From contig CAWDCH010000018.1 in the NCBI GenBank assembly GCA_963800785.1, positions 717,653-781,652 on the forward strand: a stretch of 64,000 bases of DNA. The letters are read 5' to 3'. Below, piece after piece: positions 27,365 through 37,472 of the stretch. Each line of letters begins with the position of its first letter. The first letter of the stretch is position 1. Below the pieces are notes generated by a model. That model made no database searches. It worked only from the letters and a program-made list of their open reading frames with translations, and had not been told where the DNA came from. Source of the stretch: Vicinamibacteria bacterium (GTDB lineage: Bacteria; Acidobacteriota; Vicinamibacteria; Vicinamibacterales; JAENWD01). A program made the translations under genes and the position numbers.

Positions 27365-30300
27365 ATGCCTCACGACCAGATGCTCCGGATGATGACGACG
27401 ATTGCGTGGCTCGCGCTTGCGGGCGCTGCAGCGGCTCAGGGATTAGCGGCGCCACCGCCCAGCCCGCCAGGAACGGTTACGCTCTCGCTGGCGGATTACA
27501 ACCGCCTGCTCGAACGCGCCGAGAACCCGGTCCGCCCCCTGGATCCGCCGCCAATTCCCTCGGTCGTCGCTCGCGCGGACGTCAACCTCCGCGTGAGCGG
27601 ATCCCGTGTGATGGGCACGTACTTCCTGGACGGCGAGGTGTTTCGCAGCGGTCCGACGAAAGTGCCACTCGTCTCAAATGCCACAATCCTGTCGGCGACG
27701 CTGGACGATGCGCCGGTAGCGCTCGTGACCGAGGATGCGATGGCGTCCGCGATTCTTGACGGCCCACGTTCCTTCCGAATCGAGCTTGCGTGGGGCGCTG
27801 CGGTATCGGCGTTTCCCGGCCGAGCATCTCTGACGCTGCCGGTTCCGGCAGCGGGGAGCGCCGCGCTCTCGCTTGACCTTCCTGGTCGGCCTGCCGAGGT
27901 GCGAGTCGCGCCCGGTGCGGTGACACGAACGTTCGTCGACGGCGATCTCACCCGCATCGAAGCAACCTTGGTCCCCGGCGCCGCGACGACGATCTCGTGG
28001 TCTTCGCGCGAAGCGAGCGCGGCGGCTGCGCCGCGCGAAACCCGTACGCTGTCCGACGTCAAGACGATGCTGAGCGTGGGTGAAGCTGACGTCCGAATGA
28101 CCGCGCTGGTCGATGTGACCGTGGTGCGTGGCGAGCCCGATCGTATCGCGCTGAAAATTCCCGACGGCTTCACCGTAACCGGGGCATCGGGATCCTCGTT
28201 GGCGACGAGTGAAGAGCATGCAGGCGCGCTGACACTCACGGTGCAGCGGCCGGCAGGCCGGCGCCACCAGTTTCTCGTGAGCCTCGAGCGGAGCGTGAGC
28301 GAACTCGCGGTGTTCGAGACTCCCCTTCTGACTGTGATGGGTGCCGAACGCGAAACGGGGGAAATCGCCGTCGAGGCCGTCGGCACTGTGGAATTGAACG
28401 TGCCGGAGACGGCAGTGCTCCGACGCATGGACGTCAGCGAAGCCAATGCGGCGCTGCGGGCACTCGCGCGATCGCCCATCCTGGCGGCGCTGCGGTATCA
28501 CCGCCGCGGCAGCGACGCGCCGACCGTGGCGCTCGACGTCACGCGGTTTCCCGATTCACCGGTTGTCGCTGCCGTGGCCGAGCGGGCCGTCGTCACCACG
28601 TTGGCCACCGCTGGCGGCCGAACGCTGACCGAGATCGTATTGACGATGAGGAACCGCGCGCAGCCGTTCCTGCGCGTGGAGCTCCCGCCTGGCGCATCCA
28701 TCGTCTCGGCCGAGGTCGAAGGTCAGGCGTCGAAACCTGCGCAGGGAAACGACGGCACGCGAATTCCTCTTTTGCGTCCGGGATTCCGCCCGACTGGCCC
28801 GTATTCGGTGTCGTTCGTCTACGTGCAGGCAACGGCACCGCTCGGTAAGAAGGGACGTGCGGAGCTGGCGCTGCCGAAGATGGACGTGCCGGTCAGCCTC
28901 GTAGAGTGGGAGATGTTCCTCCCCGACCGCTATCGCGTGAAGCGATTCGAGGGCGACGCCTTGCCGGTCCCGCTCCCGACTGCCATGTTTGGTGTGGCGC
29001 TGCGATCGTCAACGAAGCCAGTGGACACCATCGTTCCAGCCGGGAGCGGCGTTGGGCTTCGCGTTGGCGGGAACGTCGCGAGCGGCGGCGGTTCGTACGT
29101 GCCGGCGCCCGACAAGGAGCATGCGCAAGCGACCGACATCGTGATTGCGCAGGCTGGGCAGGTGATGGGCCGCGTGATCGACGCGAACGGCGCGGCATTG
29201 CCCGGCGCCACCGTGCGGTTGCTGCGCGATGGCCGAGTGGTCAACGAAGCGGTGGCCGATGGCGCCGGGTGGTTCCTGATCTCGAGTGCGCCTGCCGGTC
29301 TCACGACGATAGCGGCGTCGCTCGAGGGCTTCCAGGACTCGGCGACCGAGCTTACTCTCGACGCGTCGAACGCGCGCCGCGTCGACTTCACCCTCCCAGC
29401 GGCGGCGCTACGGGAAACGGTAACGGTCGAGACAGACGAGGCGAGGAAATCGGAGTTCAAGACGCGACTTGACCTGCCGGCGGCCCAGGCGCCGTCGCAG
29501 AACGTCTTCAATCTGCAGCGGCGCGTAGCGGGCGTGCTTCCTGTGCGGATCGACGTTCCGCGCGCCGGCGTCGCGTACCGTTTCGTGCGGCCGCTGGTAC
29601 TCGACGAGCCAACGAGGGTCAGCTTCGAGTACCCGAGCCAAATAGGGCCCAGCACACACAGCGCGAGCGCGACGCAGTCGGCCCGGTGGAGCGTCCTACT
29701 GAGTGCCTCCCAAGGGGTGCGTCTTCGGCAGCTCTCCCGCGATCTTCGTGGAGTCCGCGCTGCAGGTCGGATGGCCGAATCCGCCCTTGCTCACCGTGTG
29801 ACCCGTCCCGGCATCGACGGTGACGTCGTGGATGATGTTGTCCTTGTCGGGCCCGGCGACGCCGGCTGGCACGTTGTCGAGATTCAGGGCGTGTCGCACC
29901 TTCCACGCGATGATATGGTCGGCGCACGAGGTGTCGCCGCTGACGCCAAGCCCGCCGATCAGGCGTCCCGCTTGCGTGTAAAGCGCGAGTCCGCCACCAA
30001 ACACGTTGACGCCACCCATGCGCTGGCCCTTCAGGGGATCGTTGGGCGTGCCGAACAGCGTGGCGTTGCCGCTGTACGCCGCATCGGTGTCCACGGGATT
30101 ACTCTCCTGCAGCCCGAACAGGCTCTGGCCTGGCTGCACCGCAGAGTACAGGTTCGCGGTCGACAGCGCGAACTTCGGGAGGCTGAACGCGTTGGCGGTG
30201 TTGGCCTTCTGAGCAGAAATCACGCGGCTGCCCGGCCACTGGTCGCCGCGATCGGCACCCGTGAAGGCGACGACGCAGACGACGCCGTCCCGATCGACGA

Positions 30301-30388
30301 GGGTCGCCCACATGTGGAAGCCGAGGCCGCCGTTGGCCTCCGCCTGGGCATCGGACAGCGCCTTCTTCACCGCCGAATGAGACGGTAG
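27365..30388 (+). CDS. Large secreted protein with a carboxypeptidase-regulatory-like domain; the in-frame stop is only at 30388 but the biological end is probably near 29645
   Basis: Starts 1 nt after the previous stop. Landmarks are LSLADYNRLL, ERETGEIAVEAVG, LTMRNRAQPFLRVELPPGASIV and MDVPVSLVEWEMFLP. Carries GRVIDANGAALPGATVRLL...GWFLISS. Paralogy ends at ...RVSFEY (about 29632). The remaining roughly 745 nt run antisense through the GlcG-like gene. Confidence 0.6.
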   Translation: MPHDQMLRMMTTIAWLALAGAAAAQGLAAPPPSPPGTVTLSLADYNRLLERAENPVRPLDPPPIPSVVARADVNLRVSGSRVMGTYFLDGEVFRSGPTKVPLVSNATILSATLDDAPVALVTEDAMASAILDGPRSFRIELAWGAAVSAFPGRASLTLPVPAAGSAALSLDLPGRPAEVRVAPGAVTRTFVDGDLTRIEATLVPGAATTISWSSREASAAAAPRETRTLSDVKTMLSVGEADVRMTALVDVTVVRGEPDRIALKIPDGFTVTGASGSSLATSEEHAGALTLTVQRPAGRRHQFLVSLERSVSELAVFETPLLTVMGAERETGEIAVEAVGTVELNVPETAVLRRMDVSEANAALRALARSPILAALRYHRRGSDAPTVALDVTRFPDSPVVAAVAERAVVTTLATAGGRTLTEIVLTMRNRAQPFLRVELPPGASIVSAEVEGQASKPAQGNDGTRIPLLRPGFRPTGPYSVSFVYVQATAPLGKKGRAELALPKMDVPVSLVEWEMFLPDRYRVKRFEGDALPVPLPTAMFGVALRSSTKPVDTIVPAGSGVGLRVGGNVASGGGSYVPAPDKEHAQATDIVIAQAGQVMGRVIDANGAALPGATVRLLRDGRVVNEAVADGAGWFLISSAPAGLTTIAASLEGFQDSATELTLDASNARRVDFTLPAAALRETVTVETDEARKSEFKTRLDLPAAQAPSQNVFNLQRRVAGVLPVRIDVPRAGVAYRFVRPLVLDEPTRVSFEYPSQIGPSTHSASATQSARWSVLLSASQGVRLRQLSRDLRGVRAAGRMAESALAHRVTRPGIDGDVVDDVVLVGPGDAGWHVVEIQGVSHLPRDDMVGARGVAADAKPADQASRLRVKRESATKHVDATHALALQGIVGRAEQRGVAAVRRIGVHGITLLQPEQALAWLHRRVQVRGRQRELREAERVGGVGLLSRNHAAARPLVAAIGTREGDDADDAVPIDEGRPHVEAEAAVGLRLGIGQRLLHRRMRR

Positions 30389-30475
30389 GCTGCGGCAGTC
30401 ATCGGCCTGAGCGTAGGCCGGCGCGGCCGCCATGACCAGTGCGAGCGCAATTCCGAAAACAATTCGCCCGTGCAT
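29696..30475 (-). CDS. GlcG/HbpS-like haem-binding (DUF336) protein, secreted
   Basis: Has the signal MHGRIVFGIALALVMAAAPAYAQA. Contains ATLVDRDGVVCVVAFTG...VISAQKANTANAFS...GGGLALY...GGLGVSGD. Confidence 0.8.
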   Translation of the reverse strand: MHGRIVFGIALALVMAAAPAYAQADDCRSLPSHSAVKKALSDAQAEANGGLGFHMWATLVDRDGVVCVVAFTGADRGDQWPGSRVISAQKANTANAFSLPKFALSTANLYSAVQPGQSLFGLQESNPVDTDAAYSGNATLFGTPNDPLKGQRMGGVNVFGGGLALYTQAGRLIGGLGVSGDTSCADHIIAWKVRHALNLDNVPAGVAGPDKDNIIHDVTVDAGTGHTVSKGGFGHPTCSADSTKIAGELPKTHPLGGTQ

Positions 30476-30560
30476 CGTCGGTTCCTCCTGGGGTCAGTCG
30501 AGCGGCCGATTGTCGCACAGGCTCGTCTGTTGAGGAATCGTCCGATCCGCCGGCGAGTGC

Positions 30561-31187
30561 CTACCTGTCGCTCGTGCTCGCCGTCGCTCCGGTCATGCTC
30601 TTGCCTGGGAAATGCGGATCGGCCTTGATCTCGCGAATCTGCAGGATATGTCGCTGAGAGTGCGTCGAGATCATCAGGAACCACTGGTAGACGTCCATGT
30701 TGCCGTCGATCAACCGCCGCGAGCGGAGGCCGTCACTGGTGGTCTTCGCGTAGTCGCGCATAGTGGCGCGAAGCTTGCGGAACTCGCCCAGCGAATCCTT
30801 GATGTTGTTCCAGCGGCCTTTCGGCACGCGCGCCTCACCGGTCTTTTGGCGGTCACTGCGATCGATCCCGTACCACAGAATTCCGGCGTCGGTCGCTTCC
30901 GGCTTCTCGGTCGTTTCCGGCTGCTTGGCCGAATCCTGCAAGTGCTTCCAATATTGCGGCTCGGCGATCGCAATATGCTCGACGACATCCATGATGTTCC
31001 AGGTGTCTGATGCGCGCCGGAACCTGAGTTGCTCCTCGGACAGATCGCTGACTTCGCTGACCAGCCAGCTTTCCGTCAGATCGAGATGTGCGAGCAGCCG
31101 TTGGCGCTCGCCGTCGGTCATTGGCGCGGCGTCCAGACGCAGCACCGTGACGACGAGCAGGATCATCAGGCTGAAGAGTCGTCGCAT
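30561..31187 (-). CDS. DinB-family (DinB_2) protein with signal peptide
   Basis: Starts MRRLFSLMILLVVTVLRLDA. Contains WNIMDVVEHIAIAE...MISTHSQRHILQIREI, the His triad pattern. Confidence 0.75.
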   Translation of the reverse strand: MRRLFSLMILLVVTVLRLDAAPMTDGERQRLLAHLDLTESWLVSEVSDLSEEQLRFRRASDTWNIMDVVEHIAIAEPQYWKHLQDSAKQPETTEKPEATDAGILWYGIDRSDRQKTGEARVPKGRWNNIKDSLGEFRKLRATMRDYAKTTSDGLRSRRLIDGNMDVYQWFLMISTHSQRHILQIREIKADPHFPGKSMTGATASTSDR

Positions 31188-31304
31188 GAAGGCCTCCGCC
31201 GTCATGCTGCGTGACGCGCTCGGACGCGTCAACGGCGCTCGTCCTCGCCGGCCGCGGCTTGTCACGGCAGGATTGAAGTCGTCCCGGCTCGTTCGGGAAC
31301 GGTC

Positions 31305-31793
31305 TTACAGCAGCTCCGCGCTCTCGGGATAACGAGTTCTCAGCGCCGTCGCCCACGAATCGCGATCGCGCGCAAGCACGAAGTCGTCGAACTCGAATCC
31401 TGGCGCGACCGTACATCCCACCAGCGTGTAATCGCCGGTAGGTCGTGCTGCCTGCCACCAGCCCGCACGAACCACCGTGACAGGAGCCGCATCACCTGCC
31501 GCAACCGTCCCGAGCCTGGTGAGCGAGAGGTCGCTGAAGTCGGGAGTTGCCGTCCAAATCTCGAGGGGTGCTCCCTCGTAGAAATGCCAGACCTCGTCGG
31601 ACGCGACCCGGTGCCAGCGGCTGACATCGTTCCCCGGCAGGAGGAAATAGATCGTGGTGAGCGCGGTTCGCGTACCGCGACCGTCCGCTGGCGTCACCGC
31701 TTCAGACGATCGGAACAGTTGCCGGAAAAAGCCCCCTTCCGGATGCGGTTCCAGTCGCAGCAACTGCACGAGGTGAGCGGCACGGGCATGCAT
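31305..31793 (-). CDS. Cupin-fold protein (DUF985 family)
   Basis: Reads LEPHPEGGFFRQLFRS...TTIYFLL...SRWHRVASDEVWHFYEGAPLEI...VGCTVAPGFEFDDF. Confidence 0.8.
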   Translation of the reverse strand: MHARAAHLVQLLRLEPHPEGGFFRQLFRSSEAVTPADGRGTRTALTTIYFLLPGNDVSRWHRVASDEVWHFYEGAPLEIWTATPDFSDLSLTRLGTVAAGDAAPVTVVRAGWWQAARPTGDYTLVGCTVAPGFEFDDFVLARDRDSWATALRTRYPESAELL

Positions 31794-31846
31794 GAGACCG
31801 GGATAGTCTTGCACACCCGCAGCGAAGATGGTGTGATGAGGAGATT

Positions 31847-33115
31847 GTGTCTGCCCACGAAACGCAGCAGGCGATTGACGCGGTCTGGCGAATCGAGTCG
31901 CCGCGGCTGATTGCTGGTCTGACACGGATCGTTCGCGACGTCGCCGTCGCCGAAGATCTGGCACAGGACGCCCTGCTCGCCGCCCTGGAGCAGTGGCCGG
32001 AATCCGGTGTGCCGCGGAACCCGGGCGCCTGGTTGATGGCCGCGGCCAAAAACCGGGCGATCGACCACTTCCGGCGCAGCAAGCGGCTCGAACGTAAGCA
32101 CGGAGAACTCGGGCGCGAGCTGGAAGCGGCGCGTGAGAGCGTCGCCGACGAGCTCGATGCTGCGCTCGACGACGATGTCGGGGACGACCTCCTTCGTCTG
32201 GTGTTCACGGCGTGCCATCCCGTTCTCACCACGGAGGCGCGTGTCGCGCTGACGCTTCGGCTGTTGGGCGGCTTGACCACCGACGAAATCGCCCGCGCGT
32301 TTCTGGTGCCGGAACCTACCGTCGCTCAGCGCATCGTCCGGGCGAAGCGAACGCTCGCGAAGGAGCACGTGCCCTTCGAGGTTCCGCGAGGACCCGAGCT
32401 GGAGCGACGGCTCGCATCAGTGCTCGAAGTGGTCTACCTGATCTTCAACGAGGGCTATGCGGCAACCGCAGGGGGCGACTGGATTCGGCCCGCCCTGTGC
32501 GAAGACGCGCTGCGCCTGGCTCGCATCCTGGCCGGTCTCGCGCCGAAGGAGCCCGAAGTCCATGGCCTCGTCGCCCTGCTCGAGATTCAGGCCTCGCGAT
32601 CGCGTGCGCGTATCGGCCGATCCGGCGAGCCGATCCTGCTGCTGAATCAGAACCGTGCGTTGTGGGATCAACTGCTCATTCGCCGGGGCCTTGCGGCACT
32701 GGAGCGTGCGGAGCGTCTGGGTGGGGCGCACGGCCCCTACGCATTGCAGGCGGCCATCGCGGCCTGCCACGCGCGGGCGACCACGGCCGACGCCACCGAT
32801 TGGGCGCGCATTGCTGCGCTCTATGAAACGCTGGCGCGGGTGATGCCCTCGCCGATCGTCGAGTTGAACCGCGGCGTCGCCGTCGGCATGGCTCACGGCG
32901 CCGAGGCCGGTCTGGCGATCGTCGACTCGCTGCGAGAGGAGAAGGCATTGCAGCAGTATCACCTGCTGCCCAGCGTGCGCGGCGATCTGCTGTTGAAAGT
33001 GGGACGCTACGACGAAGCGCGGCGCGAGCTGGAACGCGCCGCCTCAATCACGCGCAACACACGCGAGCGTGAGCTGTTGCTGGAGCGCGCGGCCGCGATA
33101 CCCAATATGCGGTAG
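31847..33115 (+). CDS. Sigma-70 family (ECF-like) sigma factor with long C-terminal TPR-like extension
   Basis: GTG start. The region 2 part is ...AEDLAQDALLAALEQWP...NPGAWLMAAAKNRAIDHFR and the region 4 part is LLGGLTTDEIARAFLVPEPTVAQRIVRAKRTL. It has an extension of about 230 aa. Confidence 0.85.
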   Translation: MSAHETQQAIDAVWRIESPRLIAGLTRIVRDVAVAEDLAQDALLAALEQWPESGVPRNPGAWLMAAAKNRAIDHFRRSKRLERKHGELGRELEAARESVADELDAALDDDVGDDLLRLVFTACHPVLTTEARVALTLRLLGGLTTDEIARAFLVPEPTVAQRIVRAKRTLAKEHVPFEVPRGPELERRLASVLEVVYLIFNEGYAATAGGDWIRPALCEDALRLARILAGLAPKEPEVHGLVALLEIQASRSRARIGRSGEPILLLNQNRALWDQLLIRRGLAALERAERLGGAHGPYALQAAIAACHARATTADATDWARIAALYETLARVMPSPIVELNRGVAVGMAHGAEAGLAIVDSLREEKALQQYHLLPSVRGDLLLKVGRYDEARRELERAASITRNTRERELLLERAAAIPNMR

Positions 33116-33159
33116 GCCCGCACCGTTCTGGAGTGACTGCACCACGTCCGGACGGGCGT

Positions 33160-33315
33160 CTACCCCTGTGGCGGCTGATACAGCTGAATGAAGTTGCCGC
33201 AGGTATCCGAGCAGACAGCGATCGCAACAGGCCCGGTCGGTGTCGGCGGCTGTGTGAACACGACGCCGCGCTCTTTCAGCCGCTTGAATTCCTTGTCGAG
33301 ATTGTCCGACTGGCT
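33160..33315 (-). pseudogene. C-terminal remnant of a VOC/glyoxalase-family gene
   Basis: The reverse strand reads ...SDNLDKEFKRLKERGVVFTQPPTPTGPVAIAVCSDTCGNFIQLYQPPQG, stop 33160-33162. The frame is closed by a stop about 60 codons upstream. An unrelated fragment (VRLKHVHPDTLRDLLTMAQAF) lies just beyond. Confidence 0.4.
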
Positions 33316-33488
33316 ACTACTTCGCGCGGCCTGCGAGCCCGGAGCACTTCACCGTCGCCGGCGAGGCGACGACACAAACGCCTGGGCCATCGTGAGCAGG
33401 TCCCGCAACGTGTCGGGATGCACGTGCTTCAAACGCACCAGAACCGCCGTGCACCTTTCGCAGTGCTCAAGCGGCGTTACACTGTTCC

Positions 33489-34466
33489 ATGCGTACCCGC
33501 TTCACGCTTATCCTCACCCTGGCGCTCGTCATCGGCACGGCCACCCTCGCGCGGGCACAACGATTTCCCTTCGAACGCACCTTCGACATGCAGGGTGCGG
33601 CGATTCTGGACGTTTCGACGATGAGAGGCCGGATCGAGGTTGTCTCGGGAACGCCCGGGCGCGTTGTCGTCTCGGGCGTCGCGACCGTTCGGATCGCGTG
33701 GGACGCGCCTTCCAATGCTGTCGAGCTGGTGCGACGTGTTGCGAAGCATCCGCCCATTGAGCAGGCCGGTACCACGGTGCGACTGCGTCCGCCATCCGAC
33801 GCCGCAGAGCAGAAGGCAACAACGGTCAGCTACACGGTGTACGTGCCCCCAGACACCGACGTCCGCACCAACAGCGATTCGGGCGCGACGACGGTTCGGG
33901 GAGTCGCTGGTCCAGTCGCGGTGCGTACGCAATCGTCCGCAATCGACGTCGCCAGCCTTGGCGCCGCGGCCACGATCACGACAGGTTCTGGTGCGGTGAG
34001 CGCCAGTGGCGTCAAAGGCGCGCTCACCGTGACGACCGGCAGCAGCGCCTTCACTGGCCGTGCCCTCGAAGGTGACGTGCGCGTGCGTACGTCGAGCGGC
34101 GCCGTGAATGCGACCCTGACCGGTCGCGGCGGCGTGGACGTGGAGTCGGGTTCGAGCGCGATTACTGTGAGCGGCGCCCGAACCGGTGTCACCGCGACCA
34201 GTCAGAGCGGACACGTCACGGTCGCCGGTGCGCCGGGCAGTCCCTGGACGCTCTCGACCGGTTCCAGCGCCATCGACATCACCGTCGATCGCGGCACACC
34301 CCTGGCGCTCGACGTCTCGAGCCGTTCCGGATCCGTCAAGATCGAGGGCGGCGATGTGCGCGGTGATGTCTCGAAGAACCGCGTTGCAGGCACGATTGGT
34401 GATGACGGACCGCTCGTACGTGCGACAAGCGGCAGCGGCTCGATTCTCGTCAGGGTCGGCAGGTGA
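33489..34466 (+). CDS. DUF4097-like beta-strand-repeat protein (putative adhesin), secreted
   Basis: Has a signal peptide, then reiterated ...SGAVSASGVKGALTVTTGSSAFTG...SSGAVNATL...SGSSAITVSG...SGHVTVAG...GSVKIEG blocks. Confidence 0.75.
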   Translation: MRTRFTLILTLALVIGTATLARAQRFPFERTFDMQGAAILDVSTMRGRIEVVSGTPGRVVVSGVATVRIAWDAPSNAVELVRRVAKHPPIEQAGTTVRLRPPSDAAEQKATTVSYTVYVPPDTDVRTNSDSGATTVRGVAGPVAVRTQSSAIDVASLGAAATITTGSGAVSASGVKGALTVTTGSSAFTGRALEGDVRVRTSSGAVNATLTGRGGVDVESGSSAITVSGARTGVTATSQSGHVTVAGAPGSPWTLSTGSSAIDITVDRGTPLALDVSSRSGSVKIEGGDVRGDVSKNRVAGTIGDDGPLVRATSGSGSILVRVGR

Positions 34467-34536
34467 GCACCTCGGCCTGACCGAGACGCGTGCCGCAGGT
34501 AACCTGGAGACCGGTTCTGCGTATCCTCACTAGCGC

Positions 34537-35034
34537 ATGGACGAGTTCCGGGACATCTACGAGCGTCATTACTCGGCCGTCTACCGGCTGGCGCTCTTCC
34601 TGACTGGTGACTCGAACCTCGCAGAGGATCTGACCGCCGACACGTTCGTGCGAGCCTGGACGGCCCGGGATCGGCTTCGCGTCCAGACGGTTCGGGCGTA
34701 TCTGCTCACGATCACGCGAAATCTTCACCGGGACCAGCATCGCCGGCGCGAGGCGCTATTCGTAGAGCTGGACGGCGCGACGCCGGATGGGCGCCCGGAC
34801 GCCGAGTGCCTGGCTGAACAGTCGTCGAACGTGCGCGCACTCCGCAGGCGCTTTGCCGAGGTCGCGCCCGGCGATCGGCGCGCGCTGCTGCTCTACTCCA
34901 TCCGCGACATGTCGTACGCCGAGATTGCTGCGGCGCTCGGGATCAGCATCGCGGCCGTGAAATCGCGAATTGCTCGCGCCCGCGAGGTGCTCAGGGCGAG
35001 GGTACCGCTCGACGCCCCAAAGGAACACCCATGA
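34537..35034 (+). CDS. ECF-type RNA polymerase sigma factor
   Basis: Reads YERHYSAVYRLALFLTGDSNLAEDLTADTFVRAW...AYLLTITRNLHRD...MSYAEIAAALGISIAAVKSRIARARE. Confidence 0.85.
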   Translation: MDEFRDIYERHYSAVYRLALFLTGDSNLAEDLTADTFVRAWTARDRLRVQTVRAYLLTITRNLHRDQHRRREALFVELDGATPDGRPDAECLAEQSSNVRALRRRFAEVAPGDRRALLLYSIRDMSYAEIAAALGISIAAVKSRIARAREVLRARVPLDAPKEHP

Positions 35035-35483
35035 ACGTCACTCGCAATGTGATCTACGACCTGCTTCCCGCGTACTTTGCAGGAGAGGTGAGCGGCGACA
35101 CCCGAACACTGGTCGAGACGTTTCTTGAGACGGATCCCGAGCTGCGCCACATGGCCGAGCGATTTCGCGAGCGCATGCAGGATCGCGTCGGGATTGATCT
35201 CACAGGGGCCGACAATGAACGTGAACGCGCGGTATTCCACCGGGCCAGAGCGCGGTTCAAGCTTCGGCAAGCGACGCTGGCGTGGGGCTTCGGCGCAGCG
35301 ATCGGGTTCGGAATGGCGTTCCTCACCGGTCTCAATAGCCCGATGGGACTGAAGAATCCGGGAATGATCATCGGTCTCGTCTTCGCGGTGGCGGCAGCAC
35401 TGACGTGGCTGGCATCGACCCGACCTGATGCCGACCGATGGTACCGGCTCCTCGTTGAGGGCGAGATGGACCGGCCGTCTTGA
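35031..35483 (+). CDS. Putative membrane anti-sigma factor
   Basis: ATGA overlap with the sigma gene. Has an N-terminal cytoplasmic segment (LLPAYFAGEVSGDTRTLVETFLETDPEL) and then two TM helices. Confidence 0.55.
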   Translation: MNVTRNVIYDLLPAYFAGEVSGDTRTLVETFLETDPELRHMAERFRERMQDRVGIDLTGADNERERAVFHRARARFKLRQATLAWGFGAAIGFGMAFLTGLNSPMGLKNPGMIIGLVFAVAAALTWLASTRPDADRWYRLLVEGEMDRPS

Positions 35484-35554
35484 GGCGACGTGGCGGCCCC
35501 GCTTGCGAGGGGGCGACACGGGTGGAACGGTGAGAAAGTCTCACGCTGTGGGCT

Positions 35555-35875
35555 CTACGACACCGGCCATCCACTTCCTCGATTCACTCCTGCATCCTGG
35601 TATTGCTCCTCGCTGACGTGCTCCATCCAATCGGCAGCCTTCCCATCGAGCTGCTCCTGGATCGCGATATGTGTCATCGCCGTCGTCGGTGATACGCCGT
35701 GCCAGTGCTTCTCACCGGGAGGAAACCAGATCACGTCACCGGGTCGAATCTCTTCGATCGGACCACCCCAGTGCTGGGCGCGACCACAACCTGCCGTGAC
35801 AATGAGGGTTTGGCCCAGAGGATGCGTATGCCAGGCGGTCCGGGCGCCGGGTTCGAAGGTGACAGTGGCGCCCAC
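35555..35875 (-). CDS. Cupin-domain protein, probably N-terminally eroded
   Basis: Contains [23 protein letters not shown]...[16 protein letters not shown]. Family-like sequence [11 protein letters not shown] lies upstream (about 35890-35930) in a different frame and abuts the stop of the preceding gene. Confidence 0.65.
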   Translation of the reverse strand: MGATVTFEPGARTAWHTHPLGQTLIVTAGCGRAQHWGGPIEEIRPGDVIWFPPGEKHWHGVSPTTAMTHIAIQEQLDGKAADWMEHVSEEQYQDAGVNRGSGWPVS

Positions 35876-35934
35876 GACGCGTGCCGGGTTGGCTCCTGGA
35901 ACAGCGGGTCGATGCGGACGGTTGGATCCTCCGG

Positions 35935-36696
35935 TTAAATACCTGCGTACCAGGAATATCCAGCGGATGGCGAACCTGATCCCAAGCCGTCACCGATACC
36001 CTTCGCGGTATTCGTCACGGTGATCCTGGACAGGTATTTGAGATTCTTGTAGCCGAGTTGCCGGGGCACTTTCACACGCAAAGGGGCACCGTGATCGAGG
36101 GGCATCGCCGGGCCGTTCATGGCATAGGCGAGCAGCGTCTGCGAATGGAACGCATCGTCCATGTCGAGGCTGTCCCACCACTCGTCGAAGGTAAAGAAGA
36201 AGACGAACTTCGCGTCGCGGCGAATCCCCACATGTTCCAACACGGTTGCGAGCGGCACGCCGGTCCATTCGGCGATGAAGGACCATCCCTCTTCGCACGC
36301 CTGGTGCGTAATCTGCGAGCGCGAGGGGAAGCTTTTCAGGTCGGCGAGCGAAAACGACCCCGGACGGTCGACGAGGCCGTCGATCGTCAAGCGCCAGTCA
36401 GCAAATCCGCCGGCCAGGAGTTTTTGATAAGGCTCTGTCTTGGGGGCAGGACCGTTCACCGGAATCACCGTCGAAATCTGGCTGCGGTCGAACTCGCGCG
36501 CCATCGAGGGCAGCTTGGTCAGCAGCCGCTGCCCCGCATACGTGAGCGTTTCGCTCAAGCCGTAAACCCCGTGACAATTCGCCGGGATCAGCCCGTAACG
36601 ATCCATGACGCCCGTCGTGATCCGCAGCGCGCCCACGCCGGCGAGCGCCCCAAGGCCCGTGGTCAGCAGCCGACGACGCGAGACCCTGTCACTCAT
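35935..36696 (-). CDS. Molybdopterin-dependent oxidoreductase (sulfite-oxidase/MsrP-like), Tat signal
   Basis: Starts [20 protein letters not shown]. Contains [21 protein letters not shown]...[18 protein letters not shown]...GYKNLKYL. Confidence 0.85.
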   Translation of the reverse strand: MSDRVSRRRLLTTGLGALAGVGALRITTGVMDRYGLIPANCHGVYGLSETLTYAGQRLLTKLPSMAREFDRSQISTVIPVNGPAPKTEPYQKLLAGGFADWRLTIDGLVDRPGSFSLADLKSFPSRSQITHQACEEGWSFIAEWTGVPLATVLEHVGIRRDAKFVFFFTFDEWWDSLDMDDAFHSQTLLAYAMNGPAMPLDHGAPLRVKVPRQLGYKNLKYLSRITVTNTAKGIGDGLGSGSPSAGYSWYAGI

Positions 36697-37472
36697 GCTG
36701 CCTCCGTTCCTTCAGTCGCGGGTGAGCGCACCCTCCCGCCGAGAATCATCGCCCGCATGTGCGCGCTGAAGCCTGACTGCCACACCAGCATGACGTGCAC
36801 CAGGACGAACAGGGTGAGCGCGCACGACGCGAAGAAATGAATCGTGCGTGCGCTCTGTTGCCCGCCGAAGACTGTCACCACGACTGGAACGACCGAGGTG
36901 ACCGCCGGCGACATCGCCAGGCCCGTGCAGATCATCAACGGCAGCAACACGAACACGACCGTGATGTAAGTGAGCCGCTGCAATACGTTGTACGTTGCCG
37001 GCACCACATCATTTCTGTGGCGGCGCCGGAGGTGGCCGCTCACCACATCACGGATGGCTCGTAGCGTGAGCTCGCGGCGCGCCGGGACGAGGCTCCGCGT
37101 AAAATGCCCCGTGAAGAACCCCATCGCGACATACCCCGCGCCCGTGAACACGCAGATCCACGCGGCGAGGAAATGGAGGTAGCGCCCGGGCCCGCGAATC
37201 GGCACGTCGAGCACGAATGGCAGCGGCAAGTCTATTAGGGACGGGCCCCCGACGCCGCCGGTCTCGCCCCAGTACAGCCGCGGGTGCGCGAGCAGAATTG
37301 CGATTCCGCTGAGGAGCAGGACGGCGAATGCGCCCGCTGAGATCCAGTGCGTGATGCGAACGAACAGCGCGTGTGTGGACGGACTCGTGCTTGGCGCACC
37401 GGGACCTGCCGAACGGAGCACAGCAGTGGGATCGCCCACGGGTTTGACACTATACAACTGTTCGCCTGGCAT
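36693..37472 (-). CDS. Cytochrome b (b561 / hydrogenase b-type) membrane subunit
   Basis: Contains RITHWISAGAFAVLLLSGIAIL...YLHFLAAW...RTIHFFASC, with 4-5 TM helices. ATGA overlap with the Mo-enzyme gene. Confidence 0.75.
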   Translation of the reverse strand: MPGEQLYSVKPVGDPTAVLRSAGPGAPSTSPSTHALFVRITHWISAGAFAVLLLSGIAILLAHPRLYWGETGGVGGPSLIDLPLPFVLDVPIRGPGRYLHFLAAWICVFTGAGYVAMGFFTGHFTRSLVPARRELTLRAIRDVVSGHLRRRHRNDVVPATYNVLQRLTYITVVFVLLPLMICTGLAMSPAVTSVVPVVVTVFGGQQSARTIHFFASCALTLFVLVHVMLVWQSGFSAHMRAMILGGRVRSPATEGTEAA

